This document shows, piece by piece, positions 38,341 to 54,164 of a stretch of 64,000 bases of DNA. A program made the translations under genes and the position numbers. The stretch comes from Octopus sinensis (taxonomy: Eukaryota), in contig NC_042999.1 in assembly GCF_006345805.1 (NCBI RefSeq), forward strand, positions 80,972,001 through 81,036,000, in the 5' to 3' direction. A model generated the notes under the pieces. That model saw only the letters and a list, made by a program, of their open reading frames with translations, made no database searches and was not told where the DNA came from. Numbering within the stretch: position 1 is the stretch's first letter; the number at the start of each line of letters is the position of its first letter.

Positions 38341-41300
38341 GATACACATACACACACACACATATTGGTAAAATTAAACATAATAGCAACGGGGGAATGA
38401 AAGGATAATTCACACTCAAGACACAGTCTTGTCTTCTGTGTGAATTTATACACTTGTTTATTATACTTTCTAGATTCATTAGACATCGACCATGCTGGGG
38501 CAACGACTTAAATGGCTTAATCGATACAGTTGACCTCATTATTTCTTTAAAATCTAATAGTGTAATATTTATTGAATCGGAATCTTGTTGCCTGAGTGCC
38601 ATATTGATACGAGGTTATTACACAAAGAAACATTGGTTTTCAAGCGATGTGACAAACTGCAATCATTAAGACGTACACATCCGCAAGCGTGTGCGTGAAT
38701 ACACACATACACATGCACACACACACGCACACATGCACTCACACACACATATATTTATACATACACTTATATATGTATGTGTGTGTCCATATTTCTTTAA
38801 TAAGTGTATTTGTGCTTACACACACATAAACCCACATACACACTCAAATACATATTTATTTGCACACGTTGACGAATAGATATATGGATACACGTATGTA
38901 GTGAGAAATACACATAAATATTGAGATGAACTGCCTACTCTGGTTAGTGTTGTATAACCATATATCAAAGATATTCATGAATAAGTGACAAATGAATGAG
39001 ACGTTATCAGATCTTATTAATATACGAATTGAAAACATTCAGTGTTAACATTACACAGGATTCGTCCTGTTTTCTTTTTTTTATATATATTTTGCAAATA
39101 AACTGTGTCTTATTCACGGTGAGATCCTATTTCTATGGACATTAGTCTTTCAAGACATGAATTGGAGAGGTGTCTATATAACCCTTAATTACAAGATACA
39201 TGGTATGGTTCTCTGGTTCTGAAAAAGCAGAACTAACTCAACGTGAATGTGTTTGAAGAAGCAAGTACTGTTTCAATAAACAATCTCTCTTTCTGTCTCT
39301 TTTTCTCTCACCCACTATTTATAGTGTATGTGTGTATGTGTATGTGTGTGTGTGCATACATGTTTACACATATATGCATTAAAATACACATACAGATATG
39401 TTTTTATTTAAGGTACACAAATATACACACACAGGTACAAAAATACGCACACATAGGTATACAAATACATACGTATTTATGTACATCTGAGTTTGTCTCA
39501 TATATCTATGTATATCTATGTATATGTGTGTCAGATATTACGCACAAAATACACACTCATACACAAAAACAAACACACATACACACACACACACACACAC
39601 TACTAAATATATTTATATATCATCGACATCACTACACACATGCAACTAATAGTTGCAACTTTCTTCCTTTACATTTTTGCACATATTATTTACTCTGCTT
39701 TGTATATTTATATGTTCATTGTGTGTAGCATGCGTTGGCAAGTCTTAACTCAAAGATGTTATATTCATAGTACTGAAAGAAACCCGATTTATCTCTTTTT
39801 AATTTCCTCTGTCCTATAGAAGACATGCGGAAATTTCATTCTAAAGAATTCGAAACGGCTGCCTCCCGTTCTGGAAACATTCCATTAAAACAATGTTATG
39901 TAAATATTGGATTTTTTTATATATTTGAAACTTTGCAGAAAACTATATTTCTCGATGTAAAGCATTACTACTGCAAAAGAAGTATCATATCATTTGACGT
40001 TATTCACTGGAGTAAAATACACATTTTTGAAGCTTTTTTGTTTTTCTAGTTTTTAATTTATTTATGCTTATCTTCTTTATATATATATATATATGTATAT
40101 AGAAACGATTATATGTAATGTCGGTGAGAGATAGAAAATGATAAGCCGAAAGATCGGCATTTCGTATCTTATTAACATGAGTTCATTTCAACACAGGAAC
40201 GTTTGTTTAACTACAGCAGGAATATAATATACGACAGTATACTCTTGTAGCGTATTTGCTAACACATACGATCAACCGATCAAACATTCAAGTAACACAT
40301 CCAACAATACAGCCACTGCATAGCTGTTTGATATGATACAAACAGAAGCCAAATTTCCTTCACATCACTCCATACCTCATTATGTTTGGAGCGAATATCA
40401 TACAATATAGATCTACATGTTGTAACTATGATGAGCGTTTCATATCTGAAGCACCTTAAACTTATTAATCTAGCACATCAGAGTTGATTTGGAGCTAAAC
40501 CAATTCAACAACTAATCTGGCAATGTAAACAGTTCCGTTGATCTAACTGCTAAATACAAAGGCCACACCGAAATATACAAGACAAGATTTAAGTGAAGTT
40601 GAGTTCATGTATGAAAGTTTATATACTGTTTTTATAGCTATCACATTGGTTAAGATCAGATATTTTCTTTCAATTTCCCATTATGCATCTCTAATGCCCA
40701 TTTTATGCAAATACATCTTCCTTGTATTTTTAACAAATCCATTTTCCATTGTGTTCATTCGAGACTAACGTAAACGTACTCAAAAATACATAAAATAAGT
40801 GATGAAATTTCAACGAATCGGTTAGACAGACTGCAATTCTTTCATTCATTTTTAGGCATCAGATGAACAATAATGAGTATCAATGAATAACCTTTCCTGA
40901 AAATAAGAAATTATAGGTATTTTGAATATATATTTAAAAGTTAACATACGTCTTTTGTAAACATATCGTGCTGCGAGATTATTGTAAAAAATAAAGACCT
41001 AACCAATAATTTGAAACTCAAACTTTTATCGATTTCTTACTGAAATTTATTCCCTAATTATACGGTAATTTTATTGTTGACGGAGGTAAGAGCATCACGC
41101 ATATTTCAAAAATGAGTAAGGACGTTTTGCTTTAAAATTATATAACAAATGATGCGCAACCACATTACAAATAATGTTTATCGTGAAAGCACTTAAAAGG
41201 GGCGTCATTCTATAGATTTAGATGTAAAATTTGTTTTATAGTAAAATCCAATTTAGTTTCATTCCATCCCTTTCAGTTTTAACTCTAACTGAAGTAATAA

Positions 41301-42559
41301 TTTATTCTTACTTTTGATCCTAAACTAGCGATGCATTAGTGTCGATTAAGTCATCAATATGACGTTCCTGAATATTTCTGCTTCGTATACTGGTGCGATA
41401 TTGTTAATTTATTTGGTTCACAAAGTACGTTAGTCTATTTTTTATGGCTAGGAATATAGCAATAAAGTTAATTGCTTCAAACAAGTATGAAAAATAACTC
41501 ATCACAGGATTAAATAGTTTGAACTTTGATTAAATATGCTAAATACTGTCACACAATACTTTTGATTGGAATTACAGGAATGGCCTTATCTAGGTTTTGG
41601 GCATATTTCGATAAGTTTTAGATGGATATCATTACATTTTATTTAGTCTTTATAAGCATTGTGCTGTAGAATAAAGAGTAAAGAGTATCCTACAAGACAT
41701 TTCCATTCTGCAGTTCTTCCTTTTAATGACTTTACAAAAGTCATCAAAACATTAAATAAAAATTACGAAAATTACGTATATTAATTTATTTCTGTCTTAT
41801 TCTGCCATTCTCTTTTCATTTCGTTCTAGGAAGGAAATTATATTAGTCAAAACTATTTCATTTCCGAAGTTATTTCAAAGGCTACTTGGTATGATAGATC
41901 TGAATAATACATCAGTTTGATTAAGTCTTTGATTTCATATAATCGAAGCCCACAAATTTGAGAATTTCTTACACTTAAAATTCCAAACTCGCTTATTTTG
42001 ATGATATTTAGTCGCCATTGCATAGACTTTTCGATATTAGGTCATCCAGTTTATGACTTGTTAAATGCTGGAATTAGAACGATATTTCGTGTGCCCCAAG
42101 CAAAGAATCTACCATTTTTTGCTCAATGACAATAGACCACTAGTGCCTATGAATACAGGGCTCCAGTAAAATAATTTCGACAGGTTTATACAGGCGTTTA
42201 GTCGGATGAGAAATTCGTGCACATACATAGCGGTTGCTGCTGTGTCATAAAACACATTTCAAGTTTCCAGTGGAGCTTTCAAAAAAGAGCAGACAGTTTG
42301 TGGTTGGTATTCTAGTAGTTTGTGGTTGGTAATCTAGGAGATATTTTCCGGGAATGTTATTACATTACACGAGAAGTTCATATTCGCTGAATTAAAAAAT
42401 AAGTGCTTCCTCCATTTCGATTTCAAAAGGCTGTTACCGTGATTTCTTGTTGAAGATAGTTCTTATGTGGTTGCTAAAACTTCACTGCTCTGCTCTGAGG
42501 GACTTAGTCTTCATAACAAGTAGTTAAGCTAATTGTTTTGAGAATAACTTTGGTGTGGT

Positions 42560-42760
42560 ATAATTTCATATACATTACTACCAGCTATGGTTGATACCAA
42601 GCTCTCCATTTCTTTAATATCTCACAATAGAAGGTGAGACCGAGAGACAAACATTTGTATCAGATTTTGTTTGCTATGTCGTGCAGATGACATTGCAGGT
42701 TAGAAGAAGCAGATCCCACACTTAGTTTTTGTTGCATTCGAAGTGTTTCATATTAATTCT
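42560..42760 (+). mobile_element. Possible ancient LINE (RTE-like) RT remnant
   Basis: gattttgtttgctat-gtcgt-gcagatgacattgca gives a frameshifted 'CY/ADDIA' YADD-like motif. Flanking support is weak. Confidence 0.25.
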
Positions 42761-44207
42761 TTTTTAAATTAATAAAACTACTATTCAGATGGTTTTGTAG
42801 CTCACATCATGCTATAGAATCTCTGAAGTAAAATGTTTTCTTTTTCATTGACGAAGGAGCATCACGCAGAATTAGCATGCATCATCAGAAGTCAATGACG
42901 TATCTTCGCCGCGAGCATTACTCCAAAAGGAAGAATGATATGTGTAGTCCCACAAAATTAGTGAAATTTTGTGATTGCCGTAGTTGAAATAGAATTCATT
43001 TCAACGTTTACAATAGGCACTTCGTGTTGAACTCATATTTAATACTTGATCTACAAAAAATATTAAGTCTCAAAAGCAATTTTTCACTTACGTTTGCTAG
43101 AAAAAAATTACAAAATAAAAGCTGATATATTTTTGTAAAACCTCTGAGGCATATTGCATATTGGTAAAATTCACTGACTCAACTGTACTATCAGATGCAG
43201 CATCCCGATTTAAGCTTCATTAATTGTCCGAGTTGCCGAGTTTCAAAGTATTATGATCCCTGACCTAATCTTACAACATAATTAAACTCCTAAACCATTT
43301 TTAACTCTATTCAGAAAGAGCCATTCAAGTATATTGTAATAGGACAACATCAATCCTTGACGTGGATACGTTATTTTAAAAACCAGAGCCAATCTAGGAA
43401 AAACATGTCATTTTTCATTTAAGCATCCTCAAATTACCATAAATTCACTCGAATATTTTTGGCGATTAAAAATAAAAGCTTTCTGTAAACTAGTGTCATT
43501 AATAATATTTCTCCAATAAGAAATATATATAATATATATAATAAAATTTCAATCATTATACAGCCAAAATGCTAACACGGAAGCAAAATACGATAATAAT
43601 TTCAACTAGATTCAAAGCTTTAAACTGCCAAATTGTCTTTGTAATTTAAGATTACTTCAAGTTATGTTGCTCTATGAATTCAGTTACATATCCGTTTCAT
43701 CCTTCAGGTTTTACTTTGTAACGCTACGCAAAATTACAATTGTAACAGTAGGGAAGCAAAATAGGAATTTTTATTAACTGGGTTTAAATTGCAATTAGCG
43801 ACTTACGAATAATTTCTGATTTCAATAATTGTTTTTCCTTTGCATATCGACTAACACTGATGCAGTTAGAGTTCCAATAATTACATAGCTTAAAGCTATA
43901 CCACACAAAGGTAAACAGGAAAGTTCCTTCAACTAGATATCTTTTTAACTAACAGTGTAGATTTAAATTCCAAGTCTTTAAAAGCAGAACAGGAATTTAA
44001 TTTTGATGAATCTCATCCATAAATCATACAAAAATTTTTTATCCGTAGGATCATCTGGCTTCATCTGATTACCGATTGTATACTTTTTTATTGCTCCATC
44101 ACCGAATATGTAGTTACGGTGGTTGTAAATTAAAAAAATATGGGTAGGAATTTAAATTTGGTATGTAATCTACATGATAGGTGTGCTGGTTATATCAGCT
44201 GAAATGC

Positions 44208-44254
<47 letters not shown>

Positions 44255-44558
44255 TAAATATATATATATATATATATATATAACAGAATTAATATAATAA
44301 ACCTATCCTAAGGCAGCGAACTCAGTCAATATATGTGTGGTCGTGTACGTGCATGCGTGTATGTGCTATGTGTGTGTGTGCGTGCATTCTTGTATGTGCT
44401 ATGTGTGTATGTGCGTGTGTGGTATGTGTCGTTTTGTCCTTGTATATGTGCATACAACATATTAGTTATTTCGATGACAGCAACTGATATATATGCAGAA
44501 ATACATATGCACATATTCGCCCACGTTCACACCCTTACACTAACTCACTCTCCCTGCC

Positions 44559-44592
<34 letters not shown>

Positions 44593-44734
44593 CACACACA
44601 CTTCTTTAATATATCCCCTCCTTTTCCTCTACTGTATAGATACGTTGATACGTTTATATATATATATGTACATATATATCGTTGAAACTACTTTTCTGTA
44701 GTGGCTTTGAATATGTGTGTGTATGTACATATAT

Positions 44735-44788
<54 letters not shown>

Positions 44789-44793
44789 TATTC

Positions 44794-44836
<43 letters not shown>

Positions 44837-45869
44837 TGTCCGTGTGTCAGTAGGTACATTTTCTTTTACACATAGCAAATATTTCATGCACAGCAGACAT
44901 TGCAATATTGATTTGATAAATCAATAGTAAATTTGATTGTTAAAGTCCACTGTTACATTTTCTAAAACTAATGTCTCAATTAAGTCGAACGACAATGCTA
45001 TTCTTTTCACATAACACTGAAAGTCCGTTTCTTAATAAGTTAAGTATGTGTCACGTTTTGCATTATTATAGACACGAAACAATAATCTGAAGACGTGGAC
45101 GCAATAATGAAATCGCATTTCGAAACAATGGAAATATTTGAATGAATAAGAAAGTTGCTATTATTCTTTTTATTCAAGTATCTCTTTCATTCATTACAAA
45201 ATGAGAGTCAAAGCAGAAGGAATTTTAGTTCGAATTGTTATGGAATTTTATTGCTTAAGACTTACTTTTATAGTAAGAGGTGCCGTGAATGTGCTTATAT
45301 AAATTTTTTGTGTTTTATAGAGATTATTTTTTTCAAACTGAAAGTGTACTGGTTGAGACAAATCAGGGGAAGTAACTGAATAGGAGTTGCTGAATTATCA
45401 CATTTACAGAAACGACGTGTAATACATTTTTGAAGTATTACTAAGCTTTCAACTCAAACTATTTTGGGAGAATTTTCCTACATATATTCTGTGGATATAT
45501 AAGTTGGTATAATGAAACGAAGCACTCATTTCGTTACTCCTCTAACAGTTCATACATGTCACTGTTTTGAAAATCTGCTGGCAATAGTAATTCACGTAGT
45601 CTTAGTGTTTTCTGGGATCTGGATTAATACTATCTATGTTATTTTTTTTCAACGGTAAGTGTGTCTCTATGAAAGTGAGAAAAGGATTCAGTGCAGTCAA
45701 GTGCCGTACTCTATTGCTAATGACATGTCTTCTGTGCGGTAGAGTAAATGATATTCCTAAGAGAAAATTTCTTCTCATCTGTGAATTACTTCATCGTGAA
45801 ACTAAAATGAAAACATCCAAGAGATGTGACACACAATTCAAGCAATGTGTAAAACTCAAACACTCGTTG

Positions 45870-47335
45870 TTCGCCCTCATTAATACTGATAATCCCATAC
45901 CATCCGAAGCCCTTTAGCCAGGATTAATTGTCTGCATCTTGGTGGTATGAGTAGCTGAACTGTCTTGGGTTACATCTCGAAGCGAATCTTACTTAAATTT
46001 GCCAACGAACTTAATAAATGAAATTATAAACGTATACGGCTACATAACTATACTACCGAATTCAAGCGTCGTTGGAAGCTATAAAATTTCAAGCAAACAT
46101 AGGTAAGTGTACTGAGCTGCTGCTCTGAAGCCACCGAGTACCCGAAGCTGATCCTGGATTGGAGTCTCTTGAATTGCCAATAAGAATTGGTCATAGAATT
46201 AATCCGTCATTATGATGCATCAAGTATCGGACAGTAGACACTGATAAATTTGACAAGTTTATCAGCTATATCGATTCAAACTGAATGGATGCGATCTGTC
46301 CTTCTTTCATTGGGCTCCAACATATTTAGCATTGAGATGCTTATAACAATAATTTTCTCCTAGCAAAGCCAAAACTATACTACCTGAAGTCGTATAAGTG
46401 ATTTCCCTGCACGACATGTCTTGTGTAGAGTCATGAATCTCACTTGAAATGTTATTAGTTCAATCCTTATTGCAGCAGTCATTCTTATGTCATGGATCTT
46501 TTTGAAAATATTTAATAGACCAATGGTCATCGGCTGCAAATTCATGCACCTTAACCTGAGTAGTGGCTTTTTCTTGCGTCTCCTTATTATACCTGATGCA
46601 GCATTTACCATTCGCGATCCAGGCTACCTGTATTCCACAGCCGCATTCACTTTGTGATGCATATGGATTTAGGTGGGAGTGCACCAAATTGGCTGACGTT
46701 TTTCCTGCCCTAGGTGAGCGTTATCTGTCCAGTAAGCTAGATAGGCTCTTCCTCCGGTAAAATCTACTCCTGGTGAGAAATTTCACGCCAACGTATCACA
46801 GAACTATAAGCGGTTGACTGCTGCCCTGTGTGTTATGTCATCTCCAAGAGGTGCTGCTAGCGTGTCAGTACCTGAGTGATGAACAAAGTAGGTTAGTAGG
46901 CAGGTAACAGTAGGAAAGCAACAGCAGTTCATGCAATACGTTCCCCTTAATGTTGTCCCTGCGAAGAGAAAGGTCGATACAGTCCGGGATCGTGTATTAC
47001 AGAAGTTGGTAGAACAAATTTGAAAATAACATTGCACAGCCTGAACGTGCTCAATTTCAAAACCATTCACAAGGGTGGTCATTGCCACGTGGCATTAGAC
47101 TACATTCTTACTTAGGTGAACTATATTAGCAAGCTGATGAATTCATCTACCAGAAGGAATTTTAAGGCACCAAAACCAGCCTTCGCACCTTCTCAATTCA
47201 GTAAGAACATCTCCAACTGCTAAGCCGCACAACAGAGCCAGAATTCAGACTTGGATATCAGTGATTGGTTGAGACGTTTGCCTTGAGAACCACTTCTTGG
47301 TGGTCGAAGATTATACCCACCACTAATCCTCGGTT
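45870..47335 (-). mobile_element. RTE-clade LINE 5' portion (5' UTR and decayed APE endonuclease), 3'-truncated
   Basis: Minus-strand fragments resembling RTE APE: ...QIASIQFES..., LVKFISVYCPILDAS, IKFYDQFLLAIQETPIQDQLRVLGGF (GDFN-like). Confidence 0.55.
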
Positions 47336-48519
47336 TTACTAACTTGCTCACTCACAGACACACAAACACACTCACGCACACTCCAGCGCGCACGCACACA
47401 CGCACGCACGCACGTACACACATATGTCTATAAATCTTTACTTTGGCGTGGTTATTATATTTATACACTGTACAATATTTTATGAACTGTATATATTCTC
47501 ATGCATAAGAATAAACTTTACTTTCGTCGGCCTCCAACCTTATCATCGACGACAAAGCCATTTCGCTAAGCTTTTCGATCTACTATTATCACGTCTAGTT
47601 CTTGGAGAGAATAAAGGAATGGTAAAAGAAAATTTTACAAAAATATTAAATTGCAGTAGTATACCGTTTTAAGAAATTCCTCTAGCAGAAACATATTATA
47701 CATTATTTGTGTGCGTGTATTTGTGTGTGTGCGTGTGTGCGTGTACGCGTGTGATTGTATCTGTGACTGTCTGAATATGTGTGATTGTGTCTGTATTTGT
47801 GTGCGTGACTGTATGTGTGTGCTTACATATATATCTATATATATCTCATCGTATTTTTACACTTCGTTTTCCATTCAAATGATATTGCCTCTCTACCATA
47901 TTATATACAAAATGATACTAATAACAATATTAAATTCTTTACTACCTTTGTCCTTTCTCGCATTCAACATCCTTCAGTAAATATCACAAATTGTAATTTC
48001 GTCCTTAAGCTAGTGATATTCTGAAAAAGCTGCATATGCCACTTTATTTAACAAAGAATATCGAATATATTCGCCTGACATTAACATATGTTTTTTGCAC
48101 ATTTACAATGTAAGGTTTCTTTCATCTTCATCTCTATTAATTTGTACGATATTTTTATGAAAAAAATTTCATAAATTTTATATTAGTTCTCAGCAGATTT
48201 CTGCATCTTTATTCATTAAGAATTATCGAATATCATGGTTTAATTTACATAAAGAGTCGTGGATCTCCATAATTGAGTCGTATAAGTTATATTTCTTCGT
48301 TTTTGTTTCTTATTTCTTACTTTGCTTTTGAAGATAGGTTATTTATTTTTCCACTTGATGCAACAAAATTGATCCCATAAGTGCGAACAGTAGTCTGAGG
48401 TGTTACTTGATAATGCTAACCCTAAATCCCTACCCTCCCTATCATTCATGCATAAATATTCACACACACACACACACATGCCTATATATATATGCATATA
48501 TATATATATATATATATAT

Positions 48520-48556
<37 letters not shown>

Positions 48557-48765
48557 ATATATATATGTATATATATGCATATATGCATGTGTTAGCATAT
48601 GTTTATGATATTCATAAATATAGAAATAGAGGATAGTTACTTCTGCAGCATATTATGTTAAGTTTCTACGATTTTTCTGAGATTCAGATCTCGGTCAATT
48701 ATTGATAGGGAAAATTCCAAAGTATTTTTTCTCATATACTTACTGTAAGTTTTGCTTTTATATAC

Positions 48766-48841
<76 letters not shown>

Positions 48842-51329
48842 TTGATTTTACCCCTGAGAAATCCCTATGAAAAATTAACCAAGAGGAAAAAATAAGACAA
48901 ACATATCTGGAAGTTGTTTCATGAGTTACTCGATAAAAGCTGTGTGATAAAGATCAATGGGTTTTAGGTAAGTATTTTTTATCACGAGCAATGTTAGAGT
49001 AATTTTATGCTCTGTTGAGTAAGATGGATACTCCAATAGAATTAACCTTTGAAAGTAACAGAGAGAAAGGGAGAGGAGTTCGGTGGAGTGAGGGTAAGGG
49101 AGGAATGAAAGAACGTGATATAAGTGGGGAGTGAATAAGTGAGAATAATATAAAAGACAGCGAATATAATAGTGAAACGGTAAAGAGAATGAAACTGTCA
49201 GTAATACATTCACTGTTTTCAGTGGGTGAGAGAGAAAGATAAATCGTTACAGGTAACGTTGACACACAAAACTTAATAAGCTCGCTCCAAGACTGGGGGG
49301 AATATCTCTTACTTTCTCTGGCTATTGCAATTCATGACTTAATGCGCAAGTCGACTGAATATTTTATATACTATATTTAGTCGCTTAGAGGATGAGTTGA
49401 AGAAAATATATTATAAGTGAGACGTATTGTTAATCGCCAGATTTTCGACAATTTCTTTTAAAACTTCTGGCATTATCAATCATATATATAATACACAGCA
49501 AAATTATATGAACAGCAATACTTTTAACTTTTCCAATGAATGACTAATTTTTATAGCCAATATCACTATACGCTAAGTTGTTCTACGATATTGTGAGAAC
49601 GTGTTAGATTATACTTGTTGGGGATTTAAAACCTAAACGTACTCAAAATTCTGACCGCTCATACAAAAGAGCACAACTACTCTACACTGTTTGCCTACAT
49701 TTAATTTTTATATCAATCTAAATTTCAGATTTCGTTCCCTTGCTTTCGTTGGCAAACGTTGTCTTATAACGATAATAAATTTTTACAAGAGCGTAATTTC
49801 AAATAAACATTATTTTTGGCTCGGTGTTCTAGTTCATAACTTCCCACATAAATATATGATGGCTACAAACAAATATTTGGTCGAATTTTCATAACATGCA
49901 ATAGCCCCTGGATTCGGCCGTAGAGGCGTATATCCATAATATACGTTCATGAAAATGGTTGGCAAAATTAGATATTTGTATATTTATATACTTTGGTATT
50001 ATCTACTATGATTACTTCTCTAAGTTTATTCATTGTACTTGAGTGTACATGGAGCTAAATGATTTGTTAAATATCGATTTTGAAATTGAAAACCACACGC
50101 TTACATCAGTGTACTGTGTCATGCGGGAGGCAATCTGGTGAGGCTGGCAGTTGACAGAGTTTTACATTATATTATATATACTGACGTAACGATTCTGTTT
50201 TACACCAAAGAAAGGTAATAACTCAAGACAAAAGCAGTGACACTATAGAACTGATATATGCTCACTTAAATGACTCAAAGAAAAATCGCAGTCTGTGATA
50301 GGAAGGCAAACTGTCTTTGTAAATATTTGTCGTTTAACACGAATTTGGTCACAGCGGCTACCTTGATTTTGATACTTGTGAAAATACAAATTGTCAAAAT
50401 GAGCGAGTATTTGAATATGCCCGGCCAGAAAGAGATACATAGCCTTCAACGGTCTATTTCATATAGCGGTTATGATTATTACTGTATTTCTGACCACAGT
50501 GATAGAAAGTAAAGTTATTTTACCTCCTTATTGAACACAATATTGACAATGATTCTCTCTATATGTATGAATAACAGAAAGAATTAGGGAAACGCCCCTC
50601 GGCATTAGCTTTTGAGTGTCTACACGAGATATTAGCTGCATAACCTTCCTTATAGCCATTACATATAATCTTCCAATGCTTAGTTTCAAAATCGCTCACA
50701 AAATACACTATTTGCGCAGTGTGTTGTTGTAGTCATGTTTGATTATATGAATAATGCAAGCAGCTGACTTTATAAGGCAAAACGTATCAATCTGAGAGTT
50801 AGGAAATTTGAGTAATCTCATCAGCATTGTTTTTTTCTCTGTATAATCCAGAAATATTTATTTTTGCAACATTACAGAGAAAGTGATTTTATATCCGGAA
50901 TGTGCAACATACGTAGCAGTAATTTTAAAATTTAGTAACTAATATGATATTGTTTTCTTTTTGTTATCAAAGATAATAAATTACTCATCGAATTAAGTAC
51001 AAGATCTCACCTTTGGCTTATTGAAACTATTGCTTGAAAGAAATATTCTTTTTTAGTGCATCACTGACAAAATACAACTCATTCCAAGGAAATGTCTGCC
51101 ACAAAGATTTCTAGTTTATAAAATATCTCGAATATATTTATGAGAGCAATGAATAGTAATTATTACTTTCATTCACAAAAAGGATGGTCAATGTGGACTA
51201 GACAAGAGAATTACACTTGATTCGCAGAGCTTTGTATTAGCTACATTTTTTCTGAGTTGAAATCCAGCTGGCGTCGTTTTGTTCTTAAATATATGGATTT
51301 ATATCATTGCTCGCATTACGTTACACATA

Positions 51330-54130
51330 ATCGTATCATCTTTATATGATTATGGATAAACGAATACACTGCAACAGTGTAATAATATAATTGAAACAAA
51401 AGGCAGTAGCCACACGGAACATAACAACATTTTAATAACCAACAATCCAACACGCTAACTCGAACTGTAAATTTTGAATTCAAGCTTTGATCTATAAATA
51501 CACGAACTGTGAAACTATCACGAACGTTTTCTTTATTTGTCCGCCCGGGTGGGAAGCGCGAGTGCCTGCAGGCATTCCATTTGCCAAGCACTCAGCCTGG
51601 ATCATCGCCTGATCAAAGGACCTAGATATCGAAGGGAGGTTAACTATGGAAAGAAGAACTTCAAGAGCGGTAACCATACCTTCTCACCATCCAGATGACG
51701 CCAGAGATGCCTATGCCTCAGCGCAAATTTGCACATCATGAACTACGGCATCCCTAGACCAATATTTAACGGCTTTTGGCAACAGACAGAGCACCTTACA
51801 AGTGGCCTCCACCTCCACAAAAAGCAAAAGAGGAGTCTCTCCAACTTGCTTAGCCACGAATCAGGACAATGCACGACGGTCGGACGGATGCAGTATACAC
51901 CTGCGTTAACTCCCACCTTCCTAGCAGCGATAACGCCCGTCCAGAGAAGATCTAGATTAGAGTAGTTTCCTTGCTTGTTACTTCACCTTACCTCACCACA
52001 ATTCTTCTCCATCAGGAGCTCTAGACCAAACCAGACTCCGTGCATCTTAACAGGACCTTCAATCCAACGTACCACGACGTTATCTGACGACATCGATTTG
52101 CCGTACCGGGTGCCGACTTTTCCTGATTAATTCTTGCTCCTGCCACCGCTTCATATCTTCTGATGGCATTTTCTAAACAAGGTAGCTGCCCTCCATCCGA
52201 CACGAGGTGGTGATGTCATTCGCGTATGCGCTCGCCGTCCACCACCGGTTATTAGCTATGGTGCCAGTTAAAACCCTCTGTACTAATTCCATAATCCAGT
52301 TACTGTATGCCTCACAAGCCAAAATAGCCTCACTAATTTTTGATCCGTGTAGGGAACCAGAAAGAACTGTGGACAGCTAAAACTAGACTTATCTCTAGTC
52401 CTTACCAAAATCCTGTGTACATAAGACATTCGTGACCCGTCACCATTAGACCAGGTCCACACTGAGGTGTTCATGTGGTCCAGTCTGTAACGACCTGCTA
52501 GCTGAAATCGCTTAACCAGATCGGTGAGTCGTGAGCTTTCTTCCAACGCTATACAGGTGTGCGTCCAGAATAGCGTTGAAGTCACCTGACACAACTAATG
52601 TCTTTGACGCCATGAGTAAGTTCCCGGGGCGTTTATAGAAATCGTTTTGTTTACCTGTACCACAAGGCACATAGATGCACATCACATCAGCCTTAAGTAC
52701 TTACGGTGAGAACGAAGAACTCACCTCCTGGATAACCAAAGATTGTCCTTGTCTGCAGAGCGAAGCTTTTGCGGAGCAACACTACTAACCCTTCCCCCTC
52801 GGCTTCCGGTTTAGCTAGGAGACATTATTTTCTCATAGCCATTCAGGAGTGCCGAGATGTTTCGTAGGTCGTCTTTCTTGGTCTCTGTAGTCACTATCAC
52901 ATCCATACTATGTGATCTAAGATCATCGTAGAAACATGCCTGCTTCCACTTCGACCCTAGGCCACGCACATTTAGAAAGCCAACATGAAACCCTGCTATC
53001 CAAAGGAAAATAAATGCTCACATACGTGTCAGTTGATAGAGGGATCAACCTCAGAATCTCTGAGTATATCTTCTCTTTTTTCTTTTCACGTTCTTCATCA
53101 GTTTGAGGCGGTGAGTTTATGAGCTTCGGTAGCTCACAAACTTTAATAATTCCCTCCTCTCTTCTTTCTTTTAACTGTTTATATAATTATAAGTAATGCG
53201 GGAACGCTCACTTGTGCCATAAATGTATCACGTGTGGTGTTTTGTTATTATGTTATGCAAGTAGTTGTACTTTCAATTATATTTGATCAGTGTGGTCCTG
53301 TTTGCTAGGGTCGTATAGGTAAAGGGGCGGAGTGTTTTTGTTTTAAGTGTCGTGATGCGTTTTTTTGTGCGTGTAGTATGTTGGGAGGGTAGGGGTGATG
53401 CACACTGTCTTTTCGGTCTCTTTCTTGTTACTTCCGAGAATTCCTCCTCCGTTATGACGACCTCTATGTCGTCGGCTGGGGAGGGAACTTCACTTGTCAC
53501 AACCTTCTTTTCGCGTTTCTCCCGCTATTTTTTTCTTTTCTTTTGATTTGTTTTTATTGAGTTTTCTCCCCTCGATATATATCTAAAGTATGGTGTCTTC
53601 CCCGATCACCATACGATCGGGAATTTCTTCGAGGTCAGCCCGTTTTGCTCGTATTAAGATGTCTACATTGTGCCCTAACCAATTTTGGGGAAGAGAGTGC
53701 ATTATCTGTAGGATGTTAAGTTTATCCTCTCTGCGAAAGCATGGCGCCGCATGTCAACCTCTGAGGGTACTCCTTCAATTCTGATCCGCGATGTTCTACG
53801 TCCAAGATATGAGGCGAGTAGAACAACTTCCTTCATTTTGGTCGTTGTCACGGAATGTTCCTTCGCTTTTTCAGCGTTGATAAACCTTTCCTCGTTGGAG
53901 GCAAATCTTTTGCTTCGAGCCACATACGTAATATCGCTCTATATCAGCCTGAGACATTTTTCAATTTTATCCTTTTCAAGATTCATGATTTTTCTTCTGA
54001 AACATCGAAGCATTTATACACAATGGAACTATTGTTTCTCTGCATCGGTATTTCACTTGGTGCGGGGAGATGCGAACATCTCCCCTATCAATTGTAAGCA
54101 TTGGTAATCGGTTCTTGATACCGTTATGTT
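51330..54130 (-). mobile_element. L1/Tx1-clade LINE, decayed, with ORF1, APE endonuclease and partial RT (internal deletion)
   Basis: ORF1 fragments (RRTSRIRIEGVPSEVD). ORF2 APE motifs GFLNVRGLG (about 52960-52980), IVTTETK, GDFNAILD (about 52570-52590), WTWSN...SYVHRILVR and YTDQKLV. RT motifs SAYANDIT (about 52208-52235) and YEAVAGARINQEKS. Confidence 0.85.
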
Positions 54131-54164
54131 TTGATGCGCCACATTTATTATGTCAGTCAAATTT

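Noticed and set aside
47160-47335. Search for an HDV-like ribozyme at the RTE 5' end
   Set aside because: Only a short tggtgg/ccacca hairpin was found. The nested double pseudoknot could not be built.
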